Part shown: piece after piece, positions 43,703 through 58,037 of the stretch
How the letters are laid out: each line of letters opens with the position of its first letter
Position numbering within the stretch: position 1 is the stretch's first letter
Source: Octopus vulgaris
Taxonomy: Eukaryota
NCBI GenBank assembly: GCA_951406725.2
Contig: OX597825.1
Coordinates: 18,786,001 to 18,850,000 of the forward strand
DNA length: 64,000 nt
Direction of reading: 5' to 3'
The notes under the pieces: generated by a model
What the model saw: only the letters and a program-made list of their open reading frames with translations
Databases searched by the model: none
What the model was told of the DNA's origin: nothing
Program-made: the position numbers and the translations under genes

Positions 43703-43977
43703 GTTGTTTGTTCCCTCTCGAGGTAAAAGCCTGGCTCATAAGGGCCGGTTTCCCGGTTTCCTTGGCGTATAGGTTCCCCACCTGGACGGGACGCCGGTCC
43801 GTCGCAGGTGAGCTGCAAGATGCAGGAGGAAAGAGTGAGAGTAAATTGTGGCGAAAGATTCAGCAGAAGTTCGCCATTACCTTCTGCCGGTGCCGCGTGG
43901 AGCTTAGGTGTTTCGCTCATAAACACACACATCGCCCGCCAGTCCGCTGCTCTAACCACTAGGCCATGTGCCTCCAC
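43703..43977 (-). mobile_element. SINE family C head with another tail; 12-bp TSD
   Basis: TSD actgcagataaa at 43691-43702 and 43978-43989. Confidence 0.9.
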
Positions 43978-44354
43978 ACTGCAGATAAAACATGGATAGA
44001 GTGGTAATTACAGCTAGAGAATGTTCGAGGAATAGAAGAACCTGACGATGTGGTTAGTGTAAAGTCTAGTACTGGACACAGCATGAGTGACTAGAGAAAG
44101 AAAGAAGAGTGAATCAAGATTATCTCACTGGTCATATTATGAGATTAAGCATATTGAAGAATCATATATCACTACTGTTATAGCAGAAAAATAGGTCAAA
44201 TAATCACAAACGTTGTAGGACAGATGTTGGCATGTGATAGAAGCAAGCAATTAGTACCATAGTATTTTTTCCAAGCGGCGTAGGCCGCCTTCTTGTACAT
44301 CATCATAGAGTTTCACTGAGCTTTATAAAGTTTTAATTATATATCTTTAATATG

Positions 44355-44560
44355 TAGCGAGCTGAAAGAATCGTTCACACAGTTGGCAAAGTTCTTAGTG
44401 GCGTTTCGCTCGTCTTTACATTGTGATTTCAAATACCTCCGAGAGCGTCTTTGCTTTTCATCTTTACCAGATTGATAAATTTACTACCAGTTGAGTACTG
44501 TGGTCGATGTAATCGAATCAGTCCCTCTCCTGAACTTGCTAGTATTGTACTAAAATTTGA
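44355..44560 (+). mobile_element. Old diverged SINE family B copy (similar copy at 19702-19850)
   Basis: gcgagctg..tttcaaatacc..tttgcttttcatc..taccagttgagtactg. Confidence 0.6.
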
Positions 44561-46022
44561 AACTAGTATCTCACTTAATTATTTCCCGGAACTAAAGAAT
44601 TATGTTAACGTCGGGTACGAAGTTTACAAAGTAGAAGGAAGTAATGAGAGTTATAATCTAGGTAGCAAGTGTACATTTTACATGTATACATGTTGTTATG
44701 CTCTCTACAGGTGGAGACAGCATGCCAGTTGGTCAGAAACATGAATCTGTGAATTAGGTGCTTCAGCAGTGGAGTGGCCTTTTTCTGGACGCGATATACG
44801 GTGCCTCTATGCAAAGTAGCAGCATGAAGTTATGGGAGATGTACTACATTATGAATCAAGTAAGTTTGTCTGTCACATAATATGTTTCGGCTACGAATAG
44901 CACTATTCTTTGGAATAGAGTTCATATCCATGTTAAGAATGTCCATTCGTCAGAACAGCTACTCGGAGTAGTAAAGCCTTGCATTTGAAGCGACATTGAT
45001 GTCTCCATGTTGCAATCACGTTTGAGACTGCGTGGTGTTTGTATTTTTTTTATTTTCATATGTGTTTTCTTTGGGGTTTTTTAATGTTAATGGTAGAAGC
45101 TTGTCATGGAGCCACTGGAGAATGATTTCTAGATTTATTTTTGGAATCAATGCAGGTTAGATGTTTCGTTTCTGAGTTACGTGCAGATGTTGCTCGGCTG
45201 GAAAAGTTTCTGATGAATTAAAGGTCGAGCCACATGGAAAAGTGTTGGCATTATTGAATGTTGTTGCATGTAGGTCATAATGTATAGAAAACGACATAGG
45301 TGAAAAAAACTGAACTCTGGGTGACACAAAACTACATTGAAAGTGTGACAGAAAGTACAGTCAGTTCATGACACGAGTATGCCATCGGGGTGAACGTGAA
45401 GACTTAATAAGGCATTCATATGCCAGAAACCGTCACAGCATTTGCTTCGTTTTAACGCAACATCTTTGCTTTCAACGAAATACTCTAAAGTGAGTGCCCA
45501 ATTATCAGTAACAGAGAAAGCGAGATTAAGTACCAGTTAAGTTCTGGGGTGCATCACATTTGCATCATTATTTCTGCTGAGATAGGAAGTTCTAAAATAC
45601 ATCACTGGGGTGGATGATAAAGCGACGCATAGAATTTAATAAATCTACAAGCTTTCCCACCCGTGCAATCAATCAATATGGACGCGAATCAATTCAAAAT
45701 TTTAATTATTAAATTAGTCTATTATAGAACATGGAAATGTTTCTGCCTAAGCTTTTAAAATAAAATATGAACTAATTAGATCCACACGAACATGGAATTG
45801 AATTCATTTAGACTTCAGATACTGAAATTTTAACTTGAAAAGCCAATACTCATCTTTTGAATTTTACATTCAGAATTAGTCTCTTCTGTTTCATACACAC
45901 ACGCGCGCATGCAATCACGCACACGTACACACACACATACACACACAAAGCATACGCACATGCATATAGACAAAATACTACGCATAAGTACATGCATGTG
46001 CATCTGCGTATATATATATAAC

Positions 46023-46053
<31 letters not shown>

Positions 46054-46270
46054 TTATACATATATATTTATATATATATATATATTTATATATGATATAT
46101 ATATATAACTATATGCATATATATATATACATACATATATATTTATATGTATACATATATATATATATGCGTATATAAGGATATATATATATAATATATA
46201 TACCAATATATGTACAATATGTGTGGGGGAAATGTATGTATGCGTGCATGTATCTCAGTATGTAAATATG

Positions 46271-46313
<43 letters not shown>

Positions 46314-46446
46314 TTATGTATGAATGTATGTTTTTATGTATGTATGTATGTAGGCAGGCATGTATGCATGTATATATGTATGTGTGTATGTATGTATGTA
46401 TGTATGTATGTATGCATGCATGCATGTATATATGTATTTAAATATG

Positions 46447-46498
<52 letters not shown>

Positions 46499-47213
46499 TG
46501 TATGTATGTATGCATGTATACACGCGTAAATGTTCTCCATTTTATGATTGACTTTGAGCAGAAAATGAATCACGGTATCTTTCATTTCCTTCATGTTACT
46601 GGCTTAAAATTAATCAGGAAAAGCGCACATTTTTTCTCATATTCTTATCAAACATTTTTCTTTTTTCTAATACTTTTCTCGTTATTATAAAAGTTATGTT
46701 AAGTACCTTAGTATCTACTCTATACTATTTTGTATGGAGTAAATAAGAGAATGTTACTATTTAAAGGTCTTATGTGTTGGGATTATTGCTCACGCTGCAT
46801 GCATCGAAGATATTTCCCTTATGCAGGAAACTCATTTTTCTTGATAAGTCACGAAGATACAGAATAGTTACATTTCCCTAGTTGAAAAATAATTTTCAAT
46901 AATTTTAAATGTAATAATGTATAAGCGCACGCGTGTGTGTATGTAGATATATGACATATGGACGTGTATGTTTATATGTATGCATTTATATGTTTGTGTG
47001 TATGTATATATGTATTGTAAACAAGTATGTGTAATAGAGTCTTTTCTATGATAGCTTTCGAATTTCCACAATTGTGAATGATAAAGTATCATTTATATAA
47101 GTAAATATTAATTTATATATTGAAGCGAAAACTTTATATGAGTGTCTATGTGTGCGTACAATATATTTAATTATATAGCTATATATATTGAAAGACAAAT
47201 AGATAGATAAATT

Positions 47214-47296
<83 letters not shown>

Positions 47297-47297
<1 letters not shown>

Positions 47298-47603
47298 TGT
47301 TTCTTTATTGGCCACACAGGGCTGCACACAGACAGGACAAAATTACAAGGTCGAGCTTTTCTTTTGGGTGTAAAAGAAAGGAGTTTGGTTTTCGATCAAA
47401 AGGGATCGTAAATGGAAAGAAGGAGGACAAAATAAGGGGGGGATATGATTTTTTTAGAAAGAAAAGAAAAGGTGGGGGGAAGGAAAAAAAATTAGATCAA
47501 TAGGGATCGTTATCACAGAAATGTCAATATGAAGTGTAAAGGTGAGGACAGGTGAGGTTTACCCGTGGAAAGAAAAGCCTACGGAAAAGACCACGCTAAC
47601 CTC
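47297..47603 (-). mobile_element. Non-LTR retroelement 3' UTR fragment inserted in (GATA)n
   Basis: (AGAT)n on both sides. Minus-strand end ..cagccctgtgtggccAATAAAgaaac. Confidence 0.6.
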
Positions 47604-47690
<87 letters not shown>

Positions 47691-49329
47691 CGGATAGATA
47701 GATATATATGCATGTACATATATATGTATGCATATTTGTGAACACATACAGACAGACACAAACACACACAGACACACACACTCAAAAGTAGTATTCGCAA
47801 TTAGAGTTTTAAAAGGTGTATAGAATTCTAGCTAACTGTTATATAATGATTACATTTCAATATTAAACCTTTAAATAGTATCGTTTCAAAGAAGGATGTT
47901 ACTTCTTACATTGCCTAGCCATTCGTCTTGTATACTCTCACAATACTTCTGGTATAGTCAAACCATTCTAATAATATAATCTAGGCGCACATCATAAAAT
48001 ACGTATATATATCCATATCTATTATTTCCATGATGTTTTCAACTTTTGTTAAATATTTTAGCCTTGTTGTACACTATTTTCTATGGTTTAACATGTTCAT
48101 TTCAGACCGATTACATTTCCTGGGTGCTACACACATTTTCACGTATCAAATTATACATTTTATTTGTCTTTGTTACTACTTTTGTTAAACTAGCGCATGA
48201 AAGAAAAACATATAATACGCCGTAAGTCATTTGATATCATAGAGAAAAAAAGAATTTATTTTATATACTATATCCCTGAAATATTTATTACACAATGCGC
48301 TGTCAAATATTTTGTTTTTCGAGTTTATACAGTATAATGAATATCCTCAATATTCCATTTGAGAAACATAATCTTGATGACTGCAGATAAACCATGGATA
48401 AAGTGGTAATTACAGGTAGAGAATGTTCGAGGAATAGAAGAACCTAACGATGCAATTCTACATCTTTCTTAATTTCTAATCTTACCAAAGGAACACACGG
48501 GTTTAATTCTGTTATTATTCAACAAATGATATACCAAGCGTTAAAAACATGCAATCGAAAGAAATCATGAGAATTCATTAATTTTGCATTTATCTAGCAA
48601 GAACTATGGTTATATTACGACCAATAGAGTATGTAAGCGTTCTTCTTCAATATCCCATTTCTACATATGTCCCGGCACACTATTCCTAGACAGTTCTGAA
48701 CCTTGTCTGTTAGGTAAGATTGGTTTTGTCCAACTGGATTTCGAGTAACTTTCCTCGCCAAACTAGTGTGTGTCGGGTTTCGGTTTAGTTACCAACGAAA
48801 CGACCACATAAGGGGATTTACAGTAACTTACATTACCAGGAGCACTCAGATATCTGAGTGTTACTGATAATGGACCAAGTTATGCCATAAATTATAACAC
48901 ACACACACGCATATATAAATATATATATATGATGAATGCTTCGTACTGTATCTTATTAAATACGGGATTTATTTTCTATTTTTTATTTTAAAATGTGTGT
49001 TACTATGAGTTGTGCTTTTGAATGGAAAGCCTATTACATAGGATTTCAAATATACCTAGGAGGGCTATGCTTTGGACTGCGGATAGATATGTGAGAGTTG
49101 GTATTCTTTCTCGACTCTTACTACCAGAGTAACATTCAGGAAATATACATCTTTGAAAGTTAGGTGTAAAATTGATAGGTCATCTGGCACAAAGCAAAAA
49201 CACCCAATGCTAGATATGTCTCAGTAAATATTATTTTTAAAAGTGTTGCGAAAAGAAATGGATAGTGGGAAAGAAGAAGGTAAAAGCTAAAAACACCTGA
49301 GTTAAAACTAGCCGGACTCTGATGGGTAG

Positions 49330-49505
49330 AGGTTGCAAGGCGCAACGAAAATTTTAGGAAAATAAAAATAAGGAATAAGTGGAAATTTTGCCGGTGAGTT
49401 TGTTAAATTATAAGGCACAAACAAAAGAACAAAAAAATAACAAAAATTATAAGGTACAAAAAAGTACAAATGAACAAAATAAGACTCTCCCCCAGACACA
49501 ACATA
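49330..49505 (+). mobile_element. Family H1 repeat, 5'-truncated within the hammerhead-like motif
   Basis: GGTTGC AAGGC GCAAC GAAAATTTTAGG..ttataaggcac..actctcccccagacaca. Confidence 0.75.
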
Positions 49506-49722
49506 ATAACAAAACTTCTTTGACCAAAAAACTAAAAATCTATAAAATCATCTTTTATTATACTCTTCTTCCTCAGTTGCCACGAGGGTTGAAGCTCAAT
49601 GAGTAGACTTAACCCTCCACTCACACACAGAGTGAAACAGAAGCTTCAGGTGATATGTACATATCACACAGGCAGTGAGAGGAGATGATACTAAAGAGGA
49701 AGTAGAAATGACGTTAAAGTGA

Positions 49723-49822
49723 NNNNNNNNNNNNNNNNNNNNNNNNNNNNNNNNNNNNNNNNNNNNNNNNNNNNNNNNNNNNNNNNNNNNNNNNNNNNNN
49801 NNNNNNNNNNNNNNNNNNNNNN
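49723..49822. other. Assembly gap (100 N)
   Basis: Run of N. Confidence 1.
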
Positions 49823-50829
49823 AGGTGGGGTGGGACCGCTGAAACAAGGTGCGCCAAGTCTTCAAATAATGACAAGCAGACCCTGTCTGTGAAGTGACCG
49901 CTGTCCACATATGTTTCTTCAAATTCACAAATGTTCGAAAAATGAGAAAAGTGATGTAAGATTTTTATAAGTGATTTCTCTATATATTGGGAGGGGTAAT
50001 TTCTAAAAATTATGTTTGTAAGAAATTCAGCGTTATATGATAAATTAAATTTAACAATATTTTTCTCAAATTATTTCCGATTATTAATTGATGCTTAATT
50101 AAAAAAACCAAAAACAAATAAGTATACTATTTATGATTACTCTTTCAAACTAACTCACTGATTATCTTAAACAAGAAAATACAAGTTTATATACAAGATT
50201 CACTTGGTTCTAGTAGGATTCCATCGAGCTGGAGAGTAATGTAGAACACCCTTGTATTCGTTTTGAATTAATTTTATATAATTGAATTAAATTACGGAAC
50301 ACATTACAATAAAAAAAAACAGTGTTAAAATTAAGGAAACAAAGGAAGAGAAGAATGTCAAAAAATATCATTCAGATATTTAATTTTAAACCGAAAGTTG
50401 ATTAATTAATTGCTGTAAAACTAATGAAAGATAGTATTTGTTATAAACGCATTACGAATTTTATATAATTACATAATGCGAATCACTATTAATGCGTGTA
50501 AGTAAATGCATCTATGAGTGCTTTTATGCGCGTGTAGAGATGAAAGTAAAGGCATGTAAATTAGTCGAAGATTAAGGTGCGTATAACGTTTATTTTCTTA
50601 ACTAATAAACAACGTAGAGATAGCTTTATTATTGGAAATATGTATTTTTCAGTTCAAATCCTGTATTTGCTTGCACACTAATCCACACAAAAACCAACAT
50701 ACGAAAACACAAACACTTACATATAGAACATGTGTTTAAAACTACTCATTCGTATACTTAAAACTATTCGTTTCCACCGAAGACTGTGTACAAAATCTAA
50801 TCCAACTACATCTGCTTCAATCATCAAAT

Positions 50830-51202
50830 GCTTGCTTCCTAACCACATGGTTCCTGGTTCAGTTCTATTGCGTGGAACTTCGAGCAATTTTCCTCTGCTA
50901 TAGCCTTGGGGCTGATTAAAACCTTGTAAGTGAATTTGGTAGGCAGAAACTTAAAGAAGCCTATCGTACACATATGTATTTATCTATGTGTGTCATTGTT
51001 TTTGTATTTGTCACACCACCACCACAACTTGAGGACCGGTGTTGGTGTATTTACGTCCCCGTATATTAGCAGTTTGGTAAAAGTGGCCGATAATATAAAT
51101 TCTAGACTAAAAAAAATAAGTCCTGGGGTCGATTTGCTCGGCTAAAAACCTTCAGGGTGTTGCTGCAATACGGCCGCAGTCAAATCGCTGAGACAAGTAA
51201 AA

Positions 51203-51205
<3 letters not shown>
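50830..51205 (+). mobile_element. Diverged SINE family A copy
   Basis: aaccacatggttcctggttcag..ggtgtatttacgtccccg..ggccgcagtcaaat. Confidence 0.75.
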
Positions 51206-51239
<34 letters not shown>

Positions 51240-51312
51240 TAGGTGAATGAATTATCCTGTCGAGAGTAAAGGAATTTTTTAACATCTTCGTTCGACTCCA
51301 TTCTTTCATTTA

Positions 51313-51369
<57 letters not shown>

Positions 51370-51691
51370 TTTCTTTTATTCTATTATTCCTTTATTCTCT
51401 CATTTGTTTTAATCATTATACTGCGACTACGCTGGGTACAGCCTTAAGAAACTTATTGAAACGAATGCACCCAATACTTTTTTATTTAAGCCCTATACTT
51501 ATCATCATGCCTTTTGAAGAACCGCTAGGTTACGGAGATGTAATCACCTTCTACACATAAATCTGTATGTGTATTTGCTTAGACACAAATATCTTAATCT
51601 ATTCAATCAAAATTACATCATGTTCATTACAAGTGACACACTAACGCATCTTAGGCTAAGGTTTACGTACGTGTTTTCTCATTTATCTGCT

Positions 51692-52080
51692 ACTAGCAGT
51701 ATCGCCCGGCGTTGCTCAGGTTTGTAAGGGAAATAACTATAAAGCATTTTTAGAGAGTTATAGCCAAAAAATAGCAAAAAAATGGAAAAAAAATGATGGT
51801 AAATTTTTTTGAGATTTAAAAAAGGTGGAGTTGCGTCCCCTAGACGGTTTGTGGTTCGTGTTTCTGATTCTCGACCCCATGTCGAATTTATCGATTTTTT
51901 TCAGAACTGGGGGAAACTTTTCAAAATTTTCGCTGCGTTAGTTTTGAATTATGACATTGGGCTATGTGTGTGTCAAGTTTCATCAGAATCGGTTGAAAGC
52001 CGTGGTCAGGGTGAGGGTACAAGCAAACAGACACACAGAAACACGCACAGACAAACTGCCGTTTATATAGAGAGAGATAT
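51692..52080 (+). mobile_element. Non-autonomous Helitron/Helentron-like (Lep1/DINE-type) element
   Basis: 5' actagcagtatcgcccggcgttgctc; internal tgtgtcaagtttcatcagaatcgg; acagac repeats; 3' ccgtttatatagagagaga. Confidence 0.6.
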
Positions 52081-52265
52081 CTATTTTACTCTTTGGTTGT
52101 TTTGCGTTCGATTCAATAAGAAATCCTAAATACCCTCATCACATTCCCTCTTGATAACGTTATTGTCACTGCTAATATCAAGCTTACACTTACCTGGTGT
52201 CGGCTCTTAGGAATTCCCTTCCTGTTCATGTTATTTCTGCATCCATCTATGTGTAATTATTACGT

Positions 52266-52650
52266 TTTTACTCTTTTACTCATTTACTTGTTTCAGTCAT
52301 TTGGCTGTAGCCATGCTGGAGCGCTGCTTTAGTTGAGCAAATCAACCCCAGGACTCATTCTTTGTAAGCCGAGTGCTTATTCTATCGGTCTCTTTTTGCC
52401 GAACCGCTAAGTTACGAGGAAGTAAACACACCAGCATCAGTTGTAAAGCGATGCTGGTGGGACAAACACAGACACACAAACACACACACATATATATAAA
52501 CATATATATATACGACGGCCTTCTTCCACTCAGAAGGATTTGGTCGGCCCGAGGCTATAGTAGAAGACACTTGTCCAAGATGCCACGCAGTGGGACTGAA
52601 CCCGGAACCATGTGGTTTGTAAGCAAACTACTTTCCTCACAGCCACTCCT
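52266..52650 (-). mobile_element. SINE family A
   Basis: Similar to 7381-7789. Confidence 0.9.
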
Positions 52651-52892
52651 ACGAAAAATGTTAAACGCATAATGCTTTCTACTCCCGGCGGGAGAGCAAT
52701 GACCGCTTGTGCAGCCCATTCCTCCAGACCAAAATAATAAAAGAAATGCTACGCACTAAAAAATAGCCGTCAAAACTGCCCCGTTTTTTACTCTCTGTTC
52801 TACCGTCATTTCTGCAATTTGCTTTTCTCGGTTTTCAAGCTACTTAACGTAACATTCATACCCATTTCACGTAACCTTATCACTTTCACAGT

Positions 52893-53212
52893 GAGGGCGC
52901 GTGGCTTAGTGGTTAGGGCATTCGGCTCATGATCGTAAGGTTGTGAGTTCGATTCCCGGCGACGCGTTGTATCCTTGAGCAAGACACTTTATTTCACGTT
53001 GCTCCAGTCCACTCAGCTGGCAAAAATGAGTTGTACTTGTATTTCAAAGGGTCAGCCTTGTCACTCTCTGTGTCACGCTGATTATCCCCGAGAACTACGT
53101 TAAGGGTACACGTGTCTGTGGAATGCTCAGCCATTTGCACGTTAATTTCACGAGCAAGCTGTTCCGTTGATCGTATCAGCTGGGACCCTCGTCGTCGTAA
53201 CCGGCGGAGTCT
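52893..53212 (+). mobile_element. tRNA/CORE-type SINE (head D) sharing its tail with the 63690 SINE
   Basis: gcgcgtggcttagtggttaggg..gagttcgattccc..ccttgagcaagacacttta; tail tgtatttcaaaggg..gaactacgttaaggg. Confidence 0.88.
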
Positions 53213-53539
53213 TCCATCACTTTCACACTTACCTTCCATTTTATTCATATCCAACTATTCAAAATCCTACACCGAATATTTTGTAAAATAACCAAATATC
53301 AAAAAAAAAATTCTTATCACTATTTTTGGTGGATTTTCAGATTTTGGGGTGACACCGTTTCACCATAGAATATGAAACAAATATACTTTTATTTATACTC
53401 CTGCCCCCTTAAACGTTGATCTTCTAATAGAAAAACTTCATTGGCTTTTTCCTCGTGGTAACTACAACAGTAATGTTTCTTATTGAAGTGGAGATAAATA
53501 TAACTTCTAAGTATTAATACCGTGTCTATCGCTAATATA

Positions 53540-53606
<67 letters not shown>

Positions 53607-53613
53607 GTATATA

Positions 53614-53712
<99 letters not shown>

Positions 53713-54946
53713 CACACATTTTATATATGGAATATATGGAAGAAAGCTGCTTCGGTATATAATTTGATTATGAAAAGAAATTAATGATTTAAACTGATGC
53801 AATTACCTTTTACTTCATCCATACTTAGTAATGATATTCTGGATTCCTATGAATGTATGTGTGCACGTAAGTGCGCGTGTGGGTGGGCGTATGTTTGAGC
53901 ATGTGTACGTGCGTAGGTGAGTGTGTGTGTATATACATATATGCACATATACATACATACATATGTGTATGTGTGTTTCTATGTCTTCCACATAACACTG
54001 CCATGAGATCAAAGCCGTTTTTAAGTCACAATAGTAACGTAACAAATCGCTAAATACAGGATCAATGAAATGAGCTTCTCACTGATAAATTGTACTGGGT
54101 TAACTATGACCGAGAAAAATACTTTGAAGGTTACATTCCAACATAGTCACAGTCCAATGCTTCACGCTAGTAAAGAATAAAGGATTATTCTTTTGAAACG
54201 GCTTCTAGCTGGCACTATCAGGAGTGCTTCAGTGCTTTCATAAAGACACAACATGGCGTCAATAATGGAATCTTATTATTCTTCGCCCATGCAGTCGTCA
54301 CATTATCCACAAGAATTTTAACGTATAAACATACCATTGTCGATAATATATATTACTATAGAAATTTATAGAAAATGCCTTTTAAGAAGATTGTGTGGTT
54401 GAATAGACGCCCCATATGTGCACTGAAGTTAGTAAAGTTAAGTGTGAAGGAATTCGATTTCCAGAAATTTCATACTAATCAGGAAACAAAGCCTTGGAAT
54501 CTTGTATGGGCAACATATATCAAGATATTGCAGCAGTTTTTATGTCTCTTTTGTTTCATTATGCCATTTCTATGGTTAAAAGCATTATAAATCTATGAGG
54601 TCAGTAAGGTTTGCAATCGGATAAATATCCTCCATCAAAATCATTAGGTATCTGTTAATAATAAAATGACAGAGGAGATATTTCTGAAGGTATTTATAAC
54701 CCAATAAAGGAAAGCTTCATTCACTGATATAAATGATGGGGAATCTCTCTAACAAGCATTGATATAAAGGTATCTGCTTTAGTTTCTCTGACCATAAACC
54801 AGTTGCTCACTTCTTTATTCTAAATGGGCCTTAAAAATACATTGAAATTCACGTATAGCATAAATTTACTTTTCTAAGGAAAGTTCTGAACACACACATG
54901 CAGCAAAGTGTAAGCACGTGGAATCATCTATTGCTTAGCTATCTTA

Positions 54947-55178
54947 TTTCTTTACTACCCACAAGGGGCTACACACAGAGGGGACAAACGAAGACAGACA
55001 AATGGATTAAGTCGATTATATTGACCCCAGTGCGTAACTGGTATTTATTTAATGGACCCCGAAAGGATGAAGGGCAAAGTCGACCTCGGCGGAATTTGAA
55101 CTGAGAACGTAGCGGCGGACGAAATACCACAAATCAATTCGCCCGGCGTGCTAACGTTTCTGCCAGCTCGCCGCCTTC
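54947..55178 (-). mobile_element. SINE family B, full length with perfect 16-bp TSD
   Basis: TSD ttgcttagctatctta at 54931-54946 and 55179-55194. Confidence 0.93.
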
Positions 55179-56641
55179 TTGCTTAGCTATCTTACAATCA
55201 ACTTCTCATGTAAAAACAAGTTAGAAAAATGTTAATGGGTTAACTTACTGATGAATACAAGATCGGAGCTGGCTACATCATCAACAAAATGTAATATTCC
55301 GTTGTTATAGATAGTGGCTATTAGTACCAATGAATTTGCTACTTATTATGAAGTAGATCTTCACTCTATAACTACTCCAAGATTTCTACGTAAAAATATA
55401 TGGAAGCTAAAATAGGAAACATGATACAGCATATGTGTCTGAAAGTCATTTTCTTAACTACAAAGAAAAATACCTGCGATTCCTTTAGACTTATAGGAGA
55501 CTATATTTGGTACTATGCCAAGCTTTTAACTTAAATAGTGTGTGTGTGTGTGTGTGTGTGTTTCGCTTTGTCGTTTAATACCACTTGGAACTGAAGTCCT
55601 AAAAATGTCTTTAATTGTTCCAGGGCGTATTTTCGGGAATATTTCTGACAGAAATTCAAATCCTCTAGAGTAATTTTAGTCATTCTCTAAACCAAATATT
55701 TTCTTTAAACCAAGTTTAAAGTGGTGAAATATTTAATTCAGAACAACTAATATACCTAATTAAATGCTATTTCGCGCAGTACTGTTAAACGATCTAGCTG
55801 GGCATACCTTTTATTATTATTATTATGATACTCTGTAATAAAGCAGCTGTCCCACAGACAAAGCAACTATTGTTGATGAACCACACTCGAAAATTATTTC
55901 AGTTTTATCAATTATTTTAAGACTTCCACGATGATCGTGTTTGTTATTGCTGTATTGAATTACATTAAAAAGGATATTCATGTTAACAGATGATACTTTT
56001 AAATGCACTGAACGAGCGACGGGGATAGATAGTTTTAAATTTCCATCATGCAATAAAACAGCTTTTAAAGTTCGTATAGAAGAATCTATAAAATGTCACC
56101 ATTGGCTTTCAAAATGGCGGTTAGATAAACTTGCAAAAATCCATTAATGTCACGATAATAGCAGAGAAGACCAACCACCTGGAAATAAACCACTAAATCA
56201 AAACTTCGCTTTTTGTTGAATCTCGCTGTTTCTCACAATTCAACTATGAATTTTTCAAAGGCGGAATGAGAAGCACTGCGCTGTATTTGATAGTTCTAAC
56301 TACTTCAATAAATTGGTGAATCTTTCTTTAGGGAAAATTTTGGATCGGCTCTATCATAACGTTCATGTGTATAATCTAAAGAACATTCAGAATTATATCG
56401 TTATTATTTTCGACAGTATCTACTATGTAGTTTTGTTCATGTTGGTGATGAATAGAAACCGAACAAGTTTCATCACGCAATATTGCTCATGCGTGAAATA
56501 CATGTTACAATAAATGATGTGAGTATCTAAATCTGTAACACAACGTTAAAATATTAGTGACACGGTAAGGTAATCCTTCTGTTATTCTTAAAATATTGGT
56601 ACCCAGGGCTTCTCTTTTGGCAACTTGTAATGCAAAAATAT

Positions 56642-56688
<47 letters not shown>

Positions 56689-56692
<4 letters not shown>

Positions 56693-57978
56693 GCGTTCAA
56701 TAAGTAATGCCCCTGACCCATTTCCAATAGCAGTAGAGCAACGAAACTTGGCACAGTTATTAGTCTTTTTCTACATAGGAACCACCCAGGGTTACGCATT
56801 TCTCCCATCGTTTGATGCAGCTCTGGAGACCGTTTTTGTAGAAGACCCCAGCTTGGTGCTCCAACCACGACGTGAGTTCAGAAATCAAGGCTGCATCATC
56901 TAGGAAACGCCTTCCTTTCAAAAACAACTTCATGACTGGGAAGAGGTGAAAATCAGAGGGTGCAAGGTCAGGAGAGTATGGGGAATGGGGGAAGGAGTTC
57001 AAAGCCGCAAGCCTGTGCTTCTGATCTGGCGACACGCGAGTTGTGGACCGGAGCGTTGTCCTGCAGGAGGAGGATGCCTTTGCTGATCTTCCCCGCCTCT
57101 TGATTTTGATAGCTTCTCTTAATTTCCTCAAAAGTGTAGCATAATGGGCTCCTGTAATTGTGGTACTCTTTGCCAGGAAATCTGTCATCACTACTCCGTC
57201 CTGATCCTAGAAGACTGTGAGCATGACCTTGCCAGCGAAGGGCTGCACCCTTGCCTTCTTTGGAGGAGGTGAGTAACGGTGCTTCCACTGCATTGACTGG
57301 GCTTTGGTCTCTGGGTCATAGTGATGGACCCAGGTTTCATCCTGTGTAATCAGTCTTTTGAAAAATTTTGACTCATCTTCTTGGCACATTTCCAAATTCA
57401 TCCTCGAGCACTCGACGCGTTCTTGCTTCTGGAAAGGTGTGAGCAGCCTGGGAATCCATCTGGCAGACACGTTTTGCATATGCAAATAGTCATGAATGAT
57501 AGTTTCCACAGACCCGGTACTAATCTTAACCTCATGGGCTATTTGGCGAATAGTTATGCGTCGATCTTCCAAAATGGCAGCCTCAACTTGACGGACAGAT
57601 GCTTCATCAATGGCAGAAGGGGGGCGACCAGATCTGGAAGCTGTTTTCACAGAGTTCCGACAATGTTTGAATTCATGATGCCATCGTTTTACAAGGTCAT
57701 ATGATGGGGCATCATCACCACAAGTTACTTTCATTTCATCAAAAGTCTCCCGTGGTGTGCGTACTTTCAAATACAAAAACCGGCTCACTGCTCGACACTC
57801 AACAGGCTCCATTTCACACTTGACTCAGTTCAAACACCTGTAAATCAGAAACCACAATTAGATCAGAGCTATAATTTGCCACTTAATCTATAGAGATACA
57901 AATAATTGCACATGCAAAATCCCAGCTAGTTCAATCAACTGCAAGTGGGTCAGGGGCATTACTTATTGAACGTCCCTC

Positions 57979-57979
<1 letters not shown>
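56689..57979 (-). mobile_element. Near full-length mariner (DD34D, irritans-like) transposon in (TA)n
   Basis: TIRs of about 32 bp: aggggcgttcaataagtaatgcccctgaccca / tgggtcaggggcattacttattgaacgtccctcg. Confidence 0.96.
56760..57812 (-). pseudogene. Mariner transposase pseudogene (1 stop, 2 frameshifts)
   Basis: WIPRLLT, ITQDETWVHHYDP, LLQDNAPVH and YSPDLAPSDFHLF are spread over ORFs 57207-57812, 56968-57288 and 56760-57191. Confidence 0.95.

Positions 57980-58037
<58 letters not shown>

Noticed and set aside
44711-44859. Exon-like segment (ctctctacag ... gtaagt)
   Set aside because: Stop codons in all three frames; no other support.
52893-52965. tRNA genes here and at 63690, 42144 and 41060
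   Set aside because: tRNA-derived SINE heads without a complete cloverleaf.
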